Positions 34,701-48,375 of a DNA stretch of 64,000 nt are shown here, in pieces; the first letter of the stretch is position 1, and each line of letters opens with the position of its first letter. The notes under the pieces were generated by a model. That model made no database searches and was not told the DNA's origin. It saw only the letters and a list, made by a program, of their open reading frames with translations. Source of the stretch: Dendrobates tinctorius (Eukaryota); the NCBI RefSeq assembly GCF_039654945.1, contig NW_027361677.1, positions 21,762,001-21,826,000 of the forward strand, in the 5' to 3' direction. A program made the position numbers and the translations under genes.

Positions 34701-37700
34701 TTGCAAAATGTTTGGCGATTATAGGAATACAAAAATTTACAAAGGTTTCTTAATTAAAATTATCAACTTGGGTCTAAGGGGTAATGTCTCTCCTTGTGGA
34801 GTCCTCTTCCTCTCTGACCATTAGAATGGTCAACGTAGTAATAATTGTAGAACTTCTGTACCTCTTTCTTACACTCCATTATTTGGCTACAGATAGACGT
34901 CCCTCCCCAACCATTGCATCCTACTGGATGCCTATCAGTCTTTGGCCAAATTCTTAACACTGGTGTTGTGGTTTCCAGAAGAGAATTTTAACGCGCTGGC
35001 ATGGCTTCATAGCTGAGAACGGTGCAGAACTTCTAAACTGAATTTTTTTTTTTTTTAACACTAAGAGACCTATTTTTTGTTATTAAAGGAGCATTCGTGA
35101 AATTAAAAATGATCACCTATCCCTTAGGTACAGATCAGTTCAACCATTGGAACCTCCAAGAATAGGGCTATGAAAAGATATGTGAGAACTGAACGGTAGA
35201 CACGCCGGTGCTCCATTCATTCTCTTTGGCACTGCTACACAACATCAAAGAAAATAGAGGGGTGGCACATTACCGGGAACTTCATAGCCCCTTCCTTGGG
35301 ATCCACAAGTCATTTCCTATCCTTTGGATAGACGATAACTTTTATTGTTGGGAATAACCCTTTTAACACGTTTTAGAAAAAGTATACCTACAGTAGATGA
35401 GCCCTTTTAGGATTCCATCTACCGTGTCTTATGGAGGTCCCATGCGGTGACACAGTGAGTAAAGTCCTACAGGTGTCCAAAAATGAGACTTGCATCCTCA
35501 GATTGCGGAGCATACACAAGTGGTGATGAGGACAAGTGACACGTTGGACAGAGCAGCTCTTCTGCGCTTACTGATGGCTATGATGGAATATTTCCTGCTG
35601 TTTTCTCTATTCATCCCTGGGCTGATGTAAGACTTTAGGACACAAACCTTCCAGCCGCACCAGCGGAGCTGTTTTCCTTGGAGATGATCCTCTTCCGTTT
35701 TGTGGTGGGTTCTGTGTGTAGTTAACACAGAGATCATCGGTTTGTTTAATGACACAGTTCTTGCTTCTTTCTATTGCTGGTATTGAGCTGTAGAAATTTG
35801 CACTCCTCAGACCTGGTTACAGTTGATCCTTCTTATAGAGACGCCTTCTGCCCTTTCTTATTATTGTATGGTCAGTTTAGCGTTATATTGGCCACACTAC
35901 TATTATGCCTCGTTCTCGCAGCTTCCTGTAAGCTCCTTTTGTTGTGGTGTCTTGTGTTACTTGTGTCTGAGGTTGGAGCTCAGGCAGTATTCGTGTTTTC
36001 CAAAAGACATCTAATCCAAGTGCCCCCTACTAATGTCAGTCATTCGTTGATATTTTCTTTTCCTTCTGAATCCACTATCGCTAAGAAAAAGAAAACTGCA
36101 AGTATCCCTAAAGACAGATTCATGCCACTGTGTTTCACGGTCTGAGTACAAATCGTGATGAATGGACTGAGCGCTGGTCTCCTATCCTGAACTCAACAAC
36201 CTATGCAGGTGTTCAGGTCAGGGGACATGGATTTTGGAAACCAGTCTTGCAGTCGTGGCCCATACCTGGCAGCGTATGGAGAAGTAAGGAAGCGCCACAG
36301 CAAAACACTGGATTCTTCCTACATTGTGGTTTTGGGATTGCAAAGGTTTTGCGCACCCTTGACTCAGTTTCCTTAACTGTTAAGCCAATTCCCCAACTTT
36401 ACTAATGCAGATACTTTGGAGAGGGAATTTTGTTTGGGCTCTTGATCCAGTGAAAAAGAGGATGGGACCAAGGTCTCCCGTTTATAAGAGCCTGCTTGAT
36501 CTGCCTTTATGATATATACACCCCTGCTTGTGCCCCCTGGGTCCTACTAATCTTAGGTTGATAACCCTACAGTTAAATTTGTTCTCGTAAAGGGGTTGTG
36601 CAGTGACTCTCATAGAGAGTCACTGGTAATTTGACAACCCTGCCGGTAACACGCACCCGTCCCGATAATTGGAGTAGGACACGTGAACGATACCTACAGG
36701 GTGTCATAGGTCGCCTCATCTACAGTGGGGAAATTTGCAAGGGATCTCACCTAGGACATGTGCCCATCTGCAGTATTAAGGAGGACTGGGAGGAGAAAGA
36801 TCACTAAGATTTAGGGCTAGGACAGCAAAGGGTAAAAGGAAGCCTGGCAGGTTGGTTCAACAGGACTTAAAGTGAATCTGTCACCTGATTTCACAATAAT
36901 AACTGTGTAAATGGATCTCAGACCTCATGAGGCTGATGTACCTACTTTAAAATCCATCTGAGCATGAAGTATAATTATGATATTAAAATAAGTATTTTTT
37001 CTCTATCCCCCGTGAAAGCACTGCGGAGAGAGGGGATCTGCCCTTCAGGGACAGGGAACCTACAGATAAAAGGGCGGTACCTCTCCCTCGCATCAGTTGG
37101 TTTCCTGTCCCTGATGGGGAACCTTCAGTGTGTGGTACCTGCATGAAGATGCTGTCTGAAGATTACGGAATCCAGGGTCGACCAGTCCCAAGTTCTGGCA
37201 GCGGGGAGACCCCTGTCATGGCTGGTATGGTGCTTGAGGCTGCCACCGCTGGGACCGAGGTGTCTTGCGTGTGAGCGGCCACAGGAAGGTGACCGGAAGT
37301 GACTACGCTCCCTACAGCATGCAGTCCTGCAAAATCATGGAGGACATTGATCAGCAGCACCAGCAACTACAGCAGCAGCTACCAGAGCCGAATGAGAGAC
37401 GTCCTTCTACAGACAAGCGGAGATCCAGCAGTCACTCCACACAACGCAGCAGGGGCGTAAAGGAGAAGTCACCATCCTTGAAAGAGCCCTTACCAGATCC
37501 TATCCGTCCTCCAGAACCGGTACCTGAGGCTGCGTCAGAGGGGTGAGTGATCTTCGTGAAAGTTCACTATGTACAGTAATTGGGGTCCCCCCCTTTCCTC
37601 TTTTGTAGGGAAGGAAGAAATTTGGAAAAAACAAACCTAGGTGTTGCCCCATGTGCAACAGAGCATTGCCGGTGTCCTGGGGCAAGAAGCTTTGTAGTTT

Positions 37701-37713
37701 TTGTATAGGACAA

Positions 37714-38632
37714 TGTTGTGAATTCTCTCTCTGGCTTCCCTCTGGTGATTACTGAAGGTAGTGGAGCTGGTCAGATTGACAGAGGGGTTGTGAGTTCTCT
37801 TTCTGGGCTCCCTGTTGTGGTTACTGGAGGTAGTGGAGCTGATCTGATTGACAGAGGCTTGCCACCTGATAATGAGGAAGACGCTTCGAGAGCTGGGGTT
37901 TCTGATTGGGATTTAAGACAGCTGACTCCCTCTATCCCTGCTGGTGATTTTCTTCCTGTGCCTTCTGAGGTCTGATGTCTCCTGCTCTTTCCCTGCATGA
38001 TTAAGCTAAGTGGTTAATGTGCTATTCTGTTTGCATTTGATCTGGTTTTGTCTATCTCTGCTTTGTGCGGGTCAGCCAGCTCCGGCTGGGGCTGTGCTGA
38101 ATCACCGCTCATATGTTGCTGCTTGTGCCAGTTTGTTTTGTCCCCTGTTATATTGGTCTCTTTTTGCTTTGCTTTCAGAATATACCAGAGTGCTGATATA
38201 GTGGGGGCGAAGTCGTGCGACTTCAGTGTTTTTTGTGCATCAGATGTGTTCGACTTTTTGCAGAGTTTTTTGCGTGATTGCAGACAGTGTCTTAACTTTC
38301 CTGTCTAGTCAGTGTGGGCCCCATCATTTGCTCAGTCTATTTTTCTGCCTGCGTTTGTGTTTTCATCTTGTCTCACCGACAATATATGTTTGGTGGCTAT
38401 CTATTCCTTTGGGGTCTGCTCCGGGGCAGTTTAGATTTCCTCTTTCTTCCTTTAGGCTTAGTTAGCTCTCTGGCTGTGCCGAGGCGTCTAGGATCATCGT
38501 AGGTATGCTCCACGGCTACTGCTAGTTGTGTGGATAGGATCAGGGGTCTGCAATCCGCTTAGTTACCAACCTCTCTGGTTTTCTGTGGCTTAGAATGGGC
38601 CTGCTATCCTCCTCGGTGACCCATTCATAAGA
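37714..38632 (+). mobile_element. Solo LTR-like element, copy 2, inserted in DIRS ORF1
   Basis: TGTTGTGAAT...ATTCATAAGA imperfect inverted termini; 6-bp TSD GGACAA (37708-37713 and 38633-38638). Confidence 0.8.
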
Positions 38633-41438
38633 GGACAAGTAATCTTTGAGGAAACCCCAGACTATGCCTCCGAGCTGAGATCAGCTATCAGATCAGAGGT
38701 TGAAAGTGCCTTTAAGTCCCTTAAACAGGGAGATAAGGTCAAAAGAAAGGAAGCTGCCGTATACTCCCAGTCGGATTCCCCTAGCTCCGGGGAAATAGCC
38801 TCAGATGTACCAGACCCCTCCTCATCCTCAAACGAAGAATCTGGGGGACGTCCCTGCTTCCCCCTAGATGAAGTTGCTACCCTGGTAATAGCAGTAAGAT
38901 CAACCATGGGGGTAATAGACACTTGCCCTGACTATATGGTTCAGGACATAATGTTTGAGAGGATAGGCCAGATGAGGCGTAAAGTTTTCCCCAAGAACGA
39001 AAACATCCAGGGCCTAATTAAGAAAGAGTGGGAGAAGCCTGACAGGAAAAATTCCTCAGTGCCTTCCCTTAAGAGAAAGTACCCCTTTGACGAGGAGGCA
39101 TGCACATCATGAGATAAGGCCCCAAAGCTTGATGTCGCAGTAGCCAAAGCCTCTAAAAGATTTGCCCTCCCCTTCGAGGATATGGGGACATTAAAAGACC
39201 ACTTGGATAAGAAAGCTGACACTTTCCTCAAAGGGGGAAACCTAGGCCCACCATAGCAGCAACATGAACCTCCAGGTTCCTTATGGTATGGGTAGATCAG
39301 TTGGAGAAGCAGCTGCGGGATTGGGTGGCCAGGAATAAAATACTGGAGTCTATTCCCTTGATAAGAGGTGCAGCTGCTTTCTTGGCAGATTCATCAGCCG
39401 ATTCGGTCAGGATAACATCTAAGTCTGCGGCTCTCTCAAACGCAGCCCTTAGGACGCTATGGCTTAAGTGCTGTCCGGGAGACTTGCAGGCAAAACTTAA
39501 GCTGTGCTCAATCCCATGTGAGGGTCTATTTTTGTTTGGGGAAACACTGGACGATATCCTTCAGAAAGCAGGGGATAAGAAGGGGTTCCCTAATCTGAGC
39601 CCCCCTGTTGCTTAAACGGTCCTTTCGGACAAAAAAAAGTTCTTCCGCAGAAGGCCCCCGAGGGAGCAGAATAGATAGGACGAAGGGAAAAGGAAGGACT
39701 GGGGGTTCCTCTTACGGAATTCTTCCCGAGATAAAAAGGCCTCAAAGTGACAGCTTTTCCAGGGTGGCGGTAAGATTATCCCAATTCCTTCTGGCCTGGG
39801 AAAAAAATCTCAAACAGCGCCTGGATACTGAACCTGGTCAGGGCGGGTCTTTGAATAGACTTCCGCTCCCTCCCTCACCAGAGCTTTGCAGTAACTCTCC
39901 TGAAATCTTCTCCACAAGAACAAGAACGCGAGGCCAGGGACCTAGTGAGAAAATCTGTCCTTCAAGAAGTCCCACCTCAGGAAAGGGATTCTACTCCACG
40001 CTGTTTTTAGTGACCAAGCTAGACACGGGTCCTATCGGACAATTATAAACCTGCGGAAATTGAATGGCTATGTGAAAATGCAGAAATTCAAAATGGAATC
40101 AATAAAATCGACCATCAAAGTACTGTTTCCGAACTGTTTTTATGACTGTCCTGGATCTCAGCGATGCCTACTATTCTGTCCCCCAGTCACAAAGAATCCC
40201 AGAGGTTCCTCAGGTTAGCGGTTTACATGGGGGGGGGGGGGGGGGGGAAATAAAGGAATTTCAATACAGATCCCTTCCGACTATCAGTAGCCACCTTGGT
40301 ATTTACCAAATTAGTGGCAGAAATGATGGGTCACCTGAGAGAACAGGACATTTTGATATTCCCCCACTTGGATGATTTTTTCATAGCGAGCAACTCGGTT
40401 CAACACTGCAGAGAGCAGATGGACAGAGTAATGAGTACCCTAACAGACCTGGGCTGGCTTATAAACCTAAAAAATCAATGCTAGAGCCAAACATGGTACA
40501 GGAATTCCTGGGGTTAACGTTGGACTCCCGGAAGCAGGAATACTGTCTCCCAACAAAGAAAATGGGGAAGATTATAGATCTGGTGGCAAGAGCCTCTCAG
40601 AACCCCTCTATGACCTTGAGGAAGGCCATGTCACTACTAGGTTCCTTTTTCGCCTGTTAACCGGCAGTTCAGTGGGCACAGTTACAAACCAGGGATCTAC
40701 AGTGGGACATTCTAAAGAACCAGGCAACATGACCCTAGCCTGAGCCACTATTCATTCCCTAGACTGGTGGAAACGCACCAACAACTTGTCCAAAAGAATT
40801 CCATGGGTAACAGAAGTATCCCAGGTAGTTATCACCAACGCAATCCCCACGGGATGGGGGGGCTCATCTGGGCGACAGGGTCACTTGGGGAGTGTGGAGA
40901 GGCCCGGAGCTCGAGGCCTCTTCGAACCAGAAAGTGCGCGACCTACTGCCCAAAGTTCTATCAGATTTCCTACACATTCTATGGGGTCATCACGTTTGGC
41001 TGTTGTCGGACAATCAGGTGGTAGTGATCTATCTAAACCACCATGGGGGGACCAGATCCTGGGCCCTTATGAACACCACTTCCCAGATCTTCAGTTTAGC
41101 AGAGAACAATCTTCTGTCCCTTTCCGCATTTCACATTCAAGGGGTATAAAACCAGAAAGTACATTTTCTGATCCTTTATCAATTGAGACAGGGCGAATGG
41201 TTCACAACCCAATCTGTTTAAAAGCAGATTGTGAAAATGTGGGGGGCCCTGGTCATAGACCTGTTTTGCCAATGTCATCAGCAAAAAGGTGGAAACATTT
41301 TGTTCCCTAGATCCCAGGTCCAATCCCCAATACCTGGACACCTTCATGATTCCGTGGACTCAGTCTGGCATACTCCTTTCCCCCAACTTATCCTCATCCC
41401 GGTGGTCCTATGGAAAGTCAGGGAGGATGGGTCGAGAC

Positions 41439-41697
41439 TAGAGTTGAGCGACTTTGGTCGGATCGGGTTTCGTGAAACCCGAATGAAACAAAATAAGTTT
41501 CAGATGAAACTCGTCCGACTAGAGCAAAAAAAGTCGGAGTTTCGTCCGACTTTTATTTCCCATTGACTTGCATTGGGGTCGGGTTTCGGACGAAACTCCG
41601 ACTTTGTTTTGCTCTAGTCGGACGAGTTCCATCTGAAACTTATTTTGTTTCATTCGGGTTTCACGAAACCCGATCCGACCAAAGTCGCTCAACTCTA
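41439..41697. mobile_element. hAT-like MITE, near-perfect palindrome
   Basis: TAGAGTTGAGCGA...TCGCTCAACTCTA; 8-bp TSD GTCGAGAC (41431-41438 and 41698-41705). Confidence 0.92.
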
Positions 41698-42516
41698 GTC
41701 GAGACTAATATTAATAGCCCCCTTCTGGCCAAAAGAGAACTTGGTTCTCCTGGCTGAGGATGTTATCGATCACAGATCCTTGGGTTCTGCCGTATCTCCC
41801 GGACCTCCCTTCCCAGGAGCCGGTTTTCCACCCTCGATCAGCGAACCTTCATTTAACAGTATGGAATTTGAGGGGGCGATATTGAGAGAGAGGCTTTTCA
41901 GAGAAATTAGTTTCTACCCTTTTAAACAGTAGAAAAGCTGTCACCACAAGAGCTTACTGTAAGACTTGGAGAAAGTTCCTGTACACCTCAGGTGTAAGAG
42001 TTCAGGATGGTGTCCCAATTACTGCGATCCCTGAGAGTTTTTACAAAAAGGGCTAGAACGGGGCCTGGCAGTCAGTACCTTTTTAAAAGTACAAGTAGCA
42101 GCACTAAGAGCATTATATAATCATGATGTAACGGGTGACCCGTGGGTAGCACGCTTCATCAGAGCCGCCGCTAGATCTAGGCCGATAGTCAGAGGCTACC
42201 ATCTTGGGATTTAAATCTAGCCCTATCAGCACTAACAAGGTCCCCCTTTGAGCCTCTAGATTCACCTCCTCTCAAAATCCTACCCTTCCGGGCTGATGTT
42301 AAAGCCACCAGGAGAGCAGTTTTGAAGGATAGTGATATTCAGGCCTTATCTGCAGGTCCTACCTTCACAAAGATACTGGATGATAGGGTTATTTTAAAAC
42401 CTGACCCGGCGTACTTACCAAAGGTAGCATTTCATTTCCATATGTCCCAGGAGGTAGTCCTTCCTTCCTTTTGTTCTAACCCTAGGAATAGGGAAGAATG
42501 AAGATTCCATGCCTTA

Positions 42517-43106
42517 AGCCCCCGTCACACACAGCGATCTTGCTAGCGAGATCGCTGCTGAGTCACAAGTTTTATGACGCAACAGCAATCTCACCAGAGA
42601 GATAGCTGTGTGTGACACTTACCAGCGACCGGCCCCCCTGCCGGTTATCGCTGATCATCCTGGAATGGCCAGGACATTTTTTTGATCGCTGGTCTCCCGC
42701 TGGCCAGCACGCATCACTGCGTGTGGCAGGCGGGAGATCAGTGAGCTGGCGCTCGTAACTAAGGTACACATCGGGTTTCTAAGCGGCGTGCAGCGATTAG
42801 AAACCCGATGTGTACCTTAGTTACCAGCACACTGGTGCAGGGAGCTGTATCCAAGGTACACATCGGGTTGCTAAGTGCCGCGCGCCGCTTAGAAACCCGA
42901 TGTGTACTTTGGTTACCAACTCCCTGCACCAGCGCGCTGGTATCTAAGGTACACAGTGGGTAACTAAGCGACTTACGTTGCTTGTTACCCGCGTGTCGCT
43001 GGTGCTGATCGTTGGTGAAGCTGCCTGTTTGGCAGCTCACCAGTGATCCTGAAAAGGTCATATCGTTGTCGGGATCGCTGGTGAGTCGCTATGTGTGACG
43101 GGGCCC
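42517..43106. mobile_element. PIF/Harbinger-like MITE inserted in the DIRS recombinase ORF
   Basis: TSD TTA (42514-42516 and 43107-43109); TIRs ccccgtcacacacagcga / tcgctatgtgtgacgggg; removing it restores HALDVRR. Confidence 0.85.
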
Positions 43107-43440
43107 TTAGATGTTAGGAGATATCTGATTCAGTACCTAAAGTCCACCCAGAAGTGTAGGAAGGATGGATCTCTCTTTGTGTGTTTCCAGGGACCTAGAA
43201 AGGGACTCAAAGCCTCCAAGAATACCCTGGCAAGGTGGATAATAGATGCTATAGCCTTGTAGTGTATTTATGTACAGGCACAGTGTTTTTTTCTGATATG
43301 CAATATGATAAAGTATATAAATTTTGCTGTTATTATCCTGGAGGTCCTCTGATGCTCTGTAAACCAACTGATGTGAGGGAGATATATAACAGTTGGTATA
43401 TGGAGTCCGACTGACTGCTCTAGTGACTCAGTCAGAATAA

Positions 43441-43834
43441 AGGCCCTTTTACATTTAGCGATGCACCAGCGATCCGACCCGGTCAGGATCGCTGGTGCAT
43501 CGCTAAATGATGGCTAGTGAGCTTTCATACAGAAAGATCTCACAGCGATGCAGCAGCGACGCAGCGCACGATACTTACCATTCACACACAGCGATCCTGA
43601 CATCCGCCCGCCCGCGTCCAGCGTCGCTCGTCGTCACAGCAGGAAGTCTCAGCAGGAAGCGCCCGACGAGAAATGGAGCCGGACATTCTCGCGCGATCAG
43701 CGATGGACAGCGGGGGAGCCGGTCGGAGGTAAGTATCACACATAGCGATATCGCTAGCAATATCGCTATAACGTCACAAAACCAGTGATGTTTTAGCGAT
43801 ATTGTTAGCGATATCGCTTAGTGTAAAACCCCCT
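43441..43834. mobile_element. PIF/Harbinger-like MITE
   Basis: taa|aggcccttttacatttagcga...tcgcttagtgtaaaaccccct|taa. Confidence 0.7.
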
Positions 43835-43852
43835 TAACTCAGAGAAGACTAT

Positions 43853-44560
43853 TTTAAGATCAGATAAGATAATCCTTTAATCGTCCCACCATGGGGAAAT
43901 TCAGAGCATTACATCAGCAAGGCAGGAACAAGTACAGATGCATAAAGGCATTACATTGACAGTAGGTAGGTACATATACAAAAAAAAAGATATAACCGGA
44001 CTATCACAACTTTGGATCTATCAATTCACTGTTTGGGTCGTTCTCTGTTTTGGACAGTGCTGGTTATACAGCCTAACTGCAGCAGGAAGGAAGGACTTTC
44101 GATAGCGCTCCCTCTCACATTTTAGGATGAAGTAGCCGGTCACTGACAGTACTGCACATCTTTGTCACGGTCTCATGCATGTGATGGGAATCATTCTGCC
44201 CCATGTAGCTCACCTTGGCCAGTATCCTCCTGTCTCTTACGTCCTGAACTGGGTCAAGGGGGGATCCCAGGACAGAGCTGGCCCTTCTAATCAGTTTGTC
44301 CAGCCTATTCCTGTCCCGGGTTGATATGCCACTACCCCAGCACGCCATACCAAAGAAGATGACTGATGCCACAACAGAGTTGAAGAAGGATGCAAGGAGT
44401 TGCTCCCCTAACTCCGAAAGCTCTCAGCCTTCTGAGCAGATAAAGCCTACTGTGGCCCTTCCTGTACACTGCATCCAAGTGATGGGCCCAGTCAAGCTTA
44501 TTGAGGATCACACCAAGGTACTTATAGGTGTCGACTATTTCAATGTCATTTCCCTGAATG
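43853..44560 (-). mobile_element. Rex1/Babar-type non-LTR retrotransposon, 3' fragment
   Basis: VASVIFFGMACWGSGISTRDRNRLDKLIRRASSVLG...YRKSFLPAAVRLYN; short-repeat 3' tail at ~43853-43872. Confidence 0.75.
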
Positions 44561-46159
44561 TAAGGTAACCCCCTACATGCAGAAGAGGGTCCTGCTTCCT
44601 TTTCCTAATAATTCACCATATATTGCTCAAATTGATTTTTACTATAACTTTGGAAGGACATGTAACAACTGCAATACAGACGAAAGTGACCCTACTGTCA
44701 AGCAGACACACATTCATCTGAGAAGTAATTATTAATAAGATGCTACATATATTGGGCAGCAGGAAAAACACAAACAAACAAACAAATCCCTGATCCGGTC
44801 GCCGACGGTCCTTTGTGCCACCAGTCATGGGCGAAAGTCGGAATTCAGCAGGAATGTGGTGGGAGGCCGGAGAACGTGCCCTATGGACAGATCACTACAG
44901 AAAGAATATACCAACCAAGTTAGTAATGAGAAATTGCATTTAATCAGCTTTGCTGATTCAATTTGCTTGTATTGCATAATATTGCAGCCTCCCTATACAC
45001 TTATCCAAGAGGTTTGAACCAACTACTCACACATTAATAGCCTATCCTAAAGGTGATAATACACATGAGAAAAGTCTGCCAAACTTGAAAATTTGAGCAG
45101 AATTAGATTACTGTTTTATATACATGTGCTAACTCCTCTCCAACATCATATCAGGAAAAGGAAGGATTGGAAGTGCTGAATTTTAACATGCACAATCCTA
45201 TGTATTCACTTGAGATGAGCTGCGAAAGTCACCTGAACGTGCTGATTTTGGTGGGACCATCTGATGTGTATGGGGCCATCCGAATTCTCCGCCCAACAAA
45301 TGATATCAAGGAAGAGAATTGGATCGTTGGACTTTCAACTAGCATCTCCCCTCCACTGAAAACACATGCACACTCAGTCGACCTGAGAGTGCATGTGTAT
45401 GGGGGAGTCAGGAAAAATACCGTTCCCCACCAAAGTTTTGTTGAACTGAAAATCGCCAGAGGCGTGAGGTTCAGATGGAGTATGGAGGTCTGGGAGTTAT
45501 GTCTGTAATTCAGACAGTAAAGAATGGCTGTATTTTGGCCAACTAAAACTCACCTTTAGTTGCCAGAAAAAAAGACGACATATCCTCCTAAATTATGGCT
45601 GAAGACAATGACCTTGATGGATTGCAATAATTGAATTCTATACCAAAAAGCCCCATGTAGACCTCCTCGTATTTGGACCTCGGCTACTGGAACGGATCAG
45701 GATATTGTCAATAAGGAAGACTACAGTAGTCGCTAACCAGAAGGGTTCACAAACTTATTTTCATCAATAACCTTGATTGTTTACGCCATTCTTTAAAGAA
45801 AAAAAAAAACCTGGCACTGTAAGAACTAAGCTGTGTGCCGAATAATAGTACCTTTATTCATGATGGTGACTTGGATGAAGATATCATCAATTTTCAGGAG
45901 CTTGTGCTACGGACTCATAAAAATCGTCATGTATGACAGCGGTGCGAACGTCATTAGACGTCAGGCAGTCGATGTGGATTCAGAATCATTTTTCCTCAGC
46001 CCATGGCTTTGTGTAAGACATGGAAAAGAGGATTGTACTCGAGATGCTGGGCTTTATAGAGAGCGACGTCACCGCTTTATCTGTATACTCACCTACTTGT
46101 ATGGGAACGTCTCTCCTTGAAATCTAAATAAAATCTGAAATCCTCAAAACTCAAATTAA

Positions 46160-47155
46160 ACCACTCACACGGTCATATAGAGGACTTAGCACTCTATTAC
46201 ATTTATAATTTCACTAATTTCGCTTTACACTAAAAAAGTTTTATGTTGTATGTAAATAAGGGTCCTCGGTGCACCCCTGGGGTGGCCCAGAGCTCGGTGC
46301 ACCCCTGGGGTGGCCAAGACCTCGGTGCACCCCTGGGGTGGCCCAGTGCTCGGTGCACCCCTGTTGTGGCCCAGAGCTCCGTGCACCCCTGTTGTGGCCA
46401 AGACCTCGGTGCACCCCTGGGGTGGCCCAGAGCTCGGTGCACCGGTTTGCCCCCTCGATTACAATCCTCCAGACTGCCCCTTATGTTGATTGACAGAGAG
46501 CACTGCCTGATTTAAATCTCCAGCCCTGCACACACTGACAATGTAGGAGCAGAGAGCACACACAGTGTCTGTGCAGGCTACTCTCATCTCTCGCTCCTGT
46601 CTGCAGCAGCTACTCGTTGCACGTGGATATGGAGAGCGGGATGACAGCGCACACAATGTGCACGCTCAGCCCCTGCAGTGTCACTGTATTAGCGTTTTCA
46701 TCTCCCTCTCCTGTCAGCGTTGGCCATCTGCTACTGTGTGCAATGAATAGCTGCTGCAGACAGGAGCGAGAGATGAGCAGCCTGCACTGACACTGTGTTC
46801 TTTGCCCTGGCAGTGTCATCTCCCTCTCCTGTTAGCAAAGGACGTCCACTACTGTGTAATAATGTGTGCAAATAGGAGAGGTGGATCAGAAAATTCCTGC
46901 ACTGACACTGTACGTGCTCTCTGCTCCTGCAGTGTCCGTGCGTGCACGATCTGAAGCGATTGCCGTCCATCATTATAAGGAAGTTGTGGGGGATTGTAAA
47001 TGAGGGGGCAGAACGGAGCACTGAGCCCTTGGCCACAGCAAGGATGCCCTGAGGACCCCTTATTTACATATGTAATAAAGCAAAATTAGTGAACTCTGTA
47101 CTATAGGTATAATCTTTATAAGTGATAAGTCCTCGATATTGAGTTTTGGGAGTGA
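46160..47155. mobile_element. Inverted-repeat element containing a 28-bp tandem array (46265-46443, ~6 copies)
   Basis: atgtaaataagggtcctc / gaggaccccttatttacat and gaggactta / taagtcctc inverted arms; unit ctcggtgcacccctggggtggcccagag. Confidence 0.6.
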
Positions 47156-48375
47156 CAAACTATCTTGTCCTAACATGGCAAATTATAACTTGTCCTTGCT
47201 GATAGGTTGGACCCTCGCTGATCTTGAGAACAGGGGTCTGAAATGCCCCATTTGAATGGAGCTGTGTGCTCCCACTCCATTCATTGTCTAGGGGTCAACT
47301 GGAAATGCAGTAGCAAAGTGCAGCACTCAGCTATCTCCAGCAGTCCTATAGACAATTAATGGCGCGCTCGTCACTCCATTCAAACGTGGTGCTTCAGGAT
47401 CGAGATCTATGGACTGGTAGGACACCCAGCGATCTGCAAGTTATCACCTATCCCCAAGTCTTCCAGTGCCACCAGTCTAAGTGGACCACCGGACTGGTGG
47501 AACTGGAGCACTGGGTGACGGACCGAAAACTAGTTGGGTCAATCACATTATCTGTCTACATCTTATTCATTTACTGCAAAACTAAAAATAATGTCTATAT
47601 ATCGAAGTAGCTTTCACATGTTCAATATCAGCCCTGCCCTGTTCATGCACTACAGGACCATGAAGGACCAGGCACTGTGCCGGCGACGTGGTACCACCTA
47701 TCGGCCATCCAGGGCTCGGTACGGCTTGCCAAAAACGATGTTGTGCAAGGGGTTAATTTTTTAGCAATGACAATAGAGAGAAGGATCAACCTGTTAACTT
47801 GGAAGGACACAGCCTGAGAGCTGCCAGACAGGTTTAGGCAGAGAAGCAAGGAGGTATTCTCTTGAATGATCCTAGCTCCGGACTGATAAGCTGCAGTGTG
47901 ACCTGGGGGGACACAAACAACTGACCCTGTCCACATAGAGAGGGCAGCGCGGGTCTAACACAGTGCTACTGTGCCCATGCCAAAATAGCCGAACCGATCA
48001 GGACTCTTCGTGAGAAGTTGAAGGGGCTGCTGTTCTTGGATTTCAAGGAAAACATAAAGAGTCTTATTGATTCCTATAAGCATTGCTCTCACCTAGAGAG
48101 GCTGACAAGCGGCAGGCGGTCCGGCACCCAGCAGCGTTATGCGCTCCCTCTCTGAGGACATCTTTACTGCTCCACGGCTGGCAAGTCGATGGCGATACGG
48201 TGGTTTTGTTCCCGGAGTGAGAAGGAGAGGTAAGAAAAAGTAAAGGAAATGTCAAATTTTGGCAGAAACGTATTGCTTCTAAGGGTATGTGCACGGTTGT
48301 TTTGTTTTTTTTGACAAGCGGGTCTGATTAAAAAAAAAATGCTTAAAAATCTCTTGCTATACATTTCTATTGTAA

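Larger units (their letters stand above)
36995..43262 (+). mobile_element. Decayed DIRS1-like (tyrosine recombinase) retrotransposon, 3' truncated
   Basis: tttctct start; gag-like ORF1 with CPMC...CSFC; RT (FYSTLFLV, LDLSDAYYSVP, HLDD); RNase H (SDNQVVVIYLNHHGGTRS); LIAPFWP; YR segments (WDLNLALSAL, DPAYLPKV, HALDVRR, LARWI); many frameshifts and stops. Confidence 0.88.
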
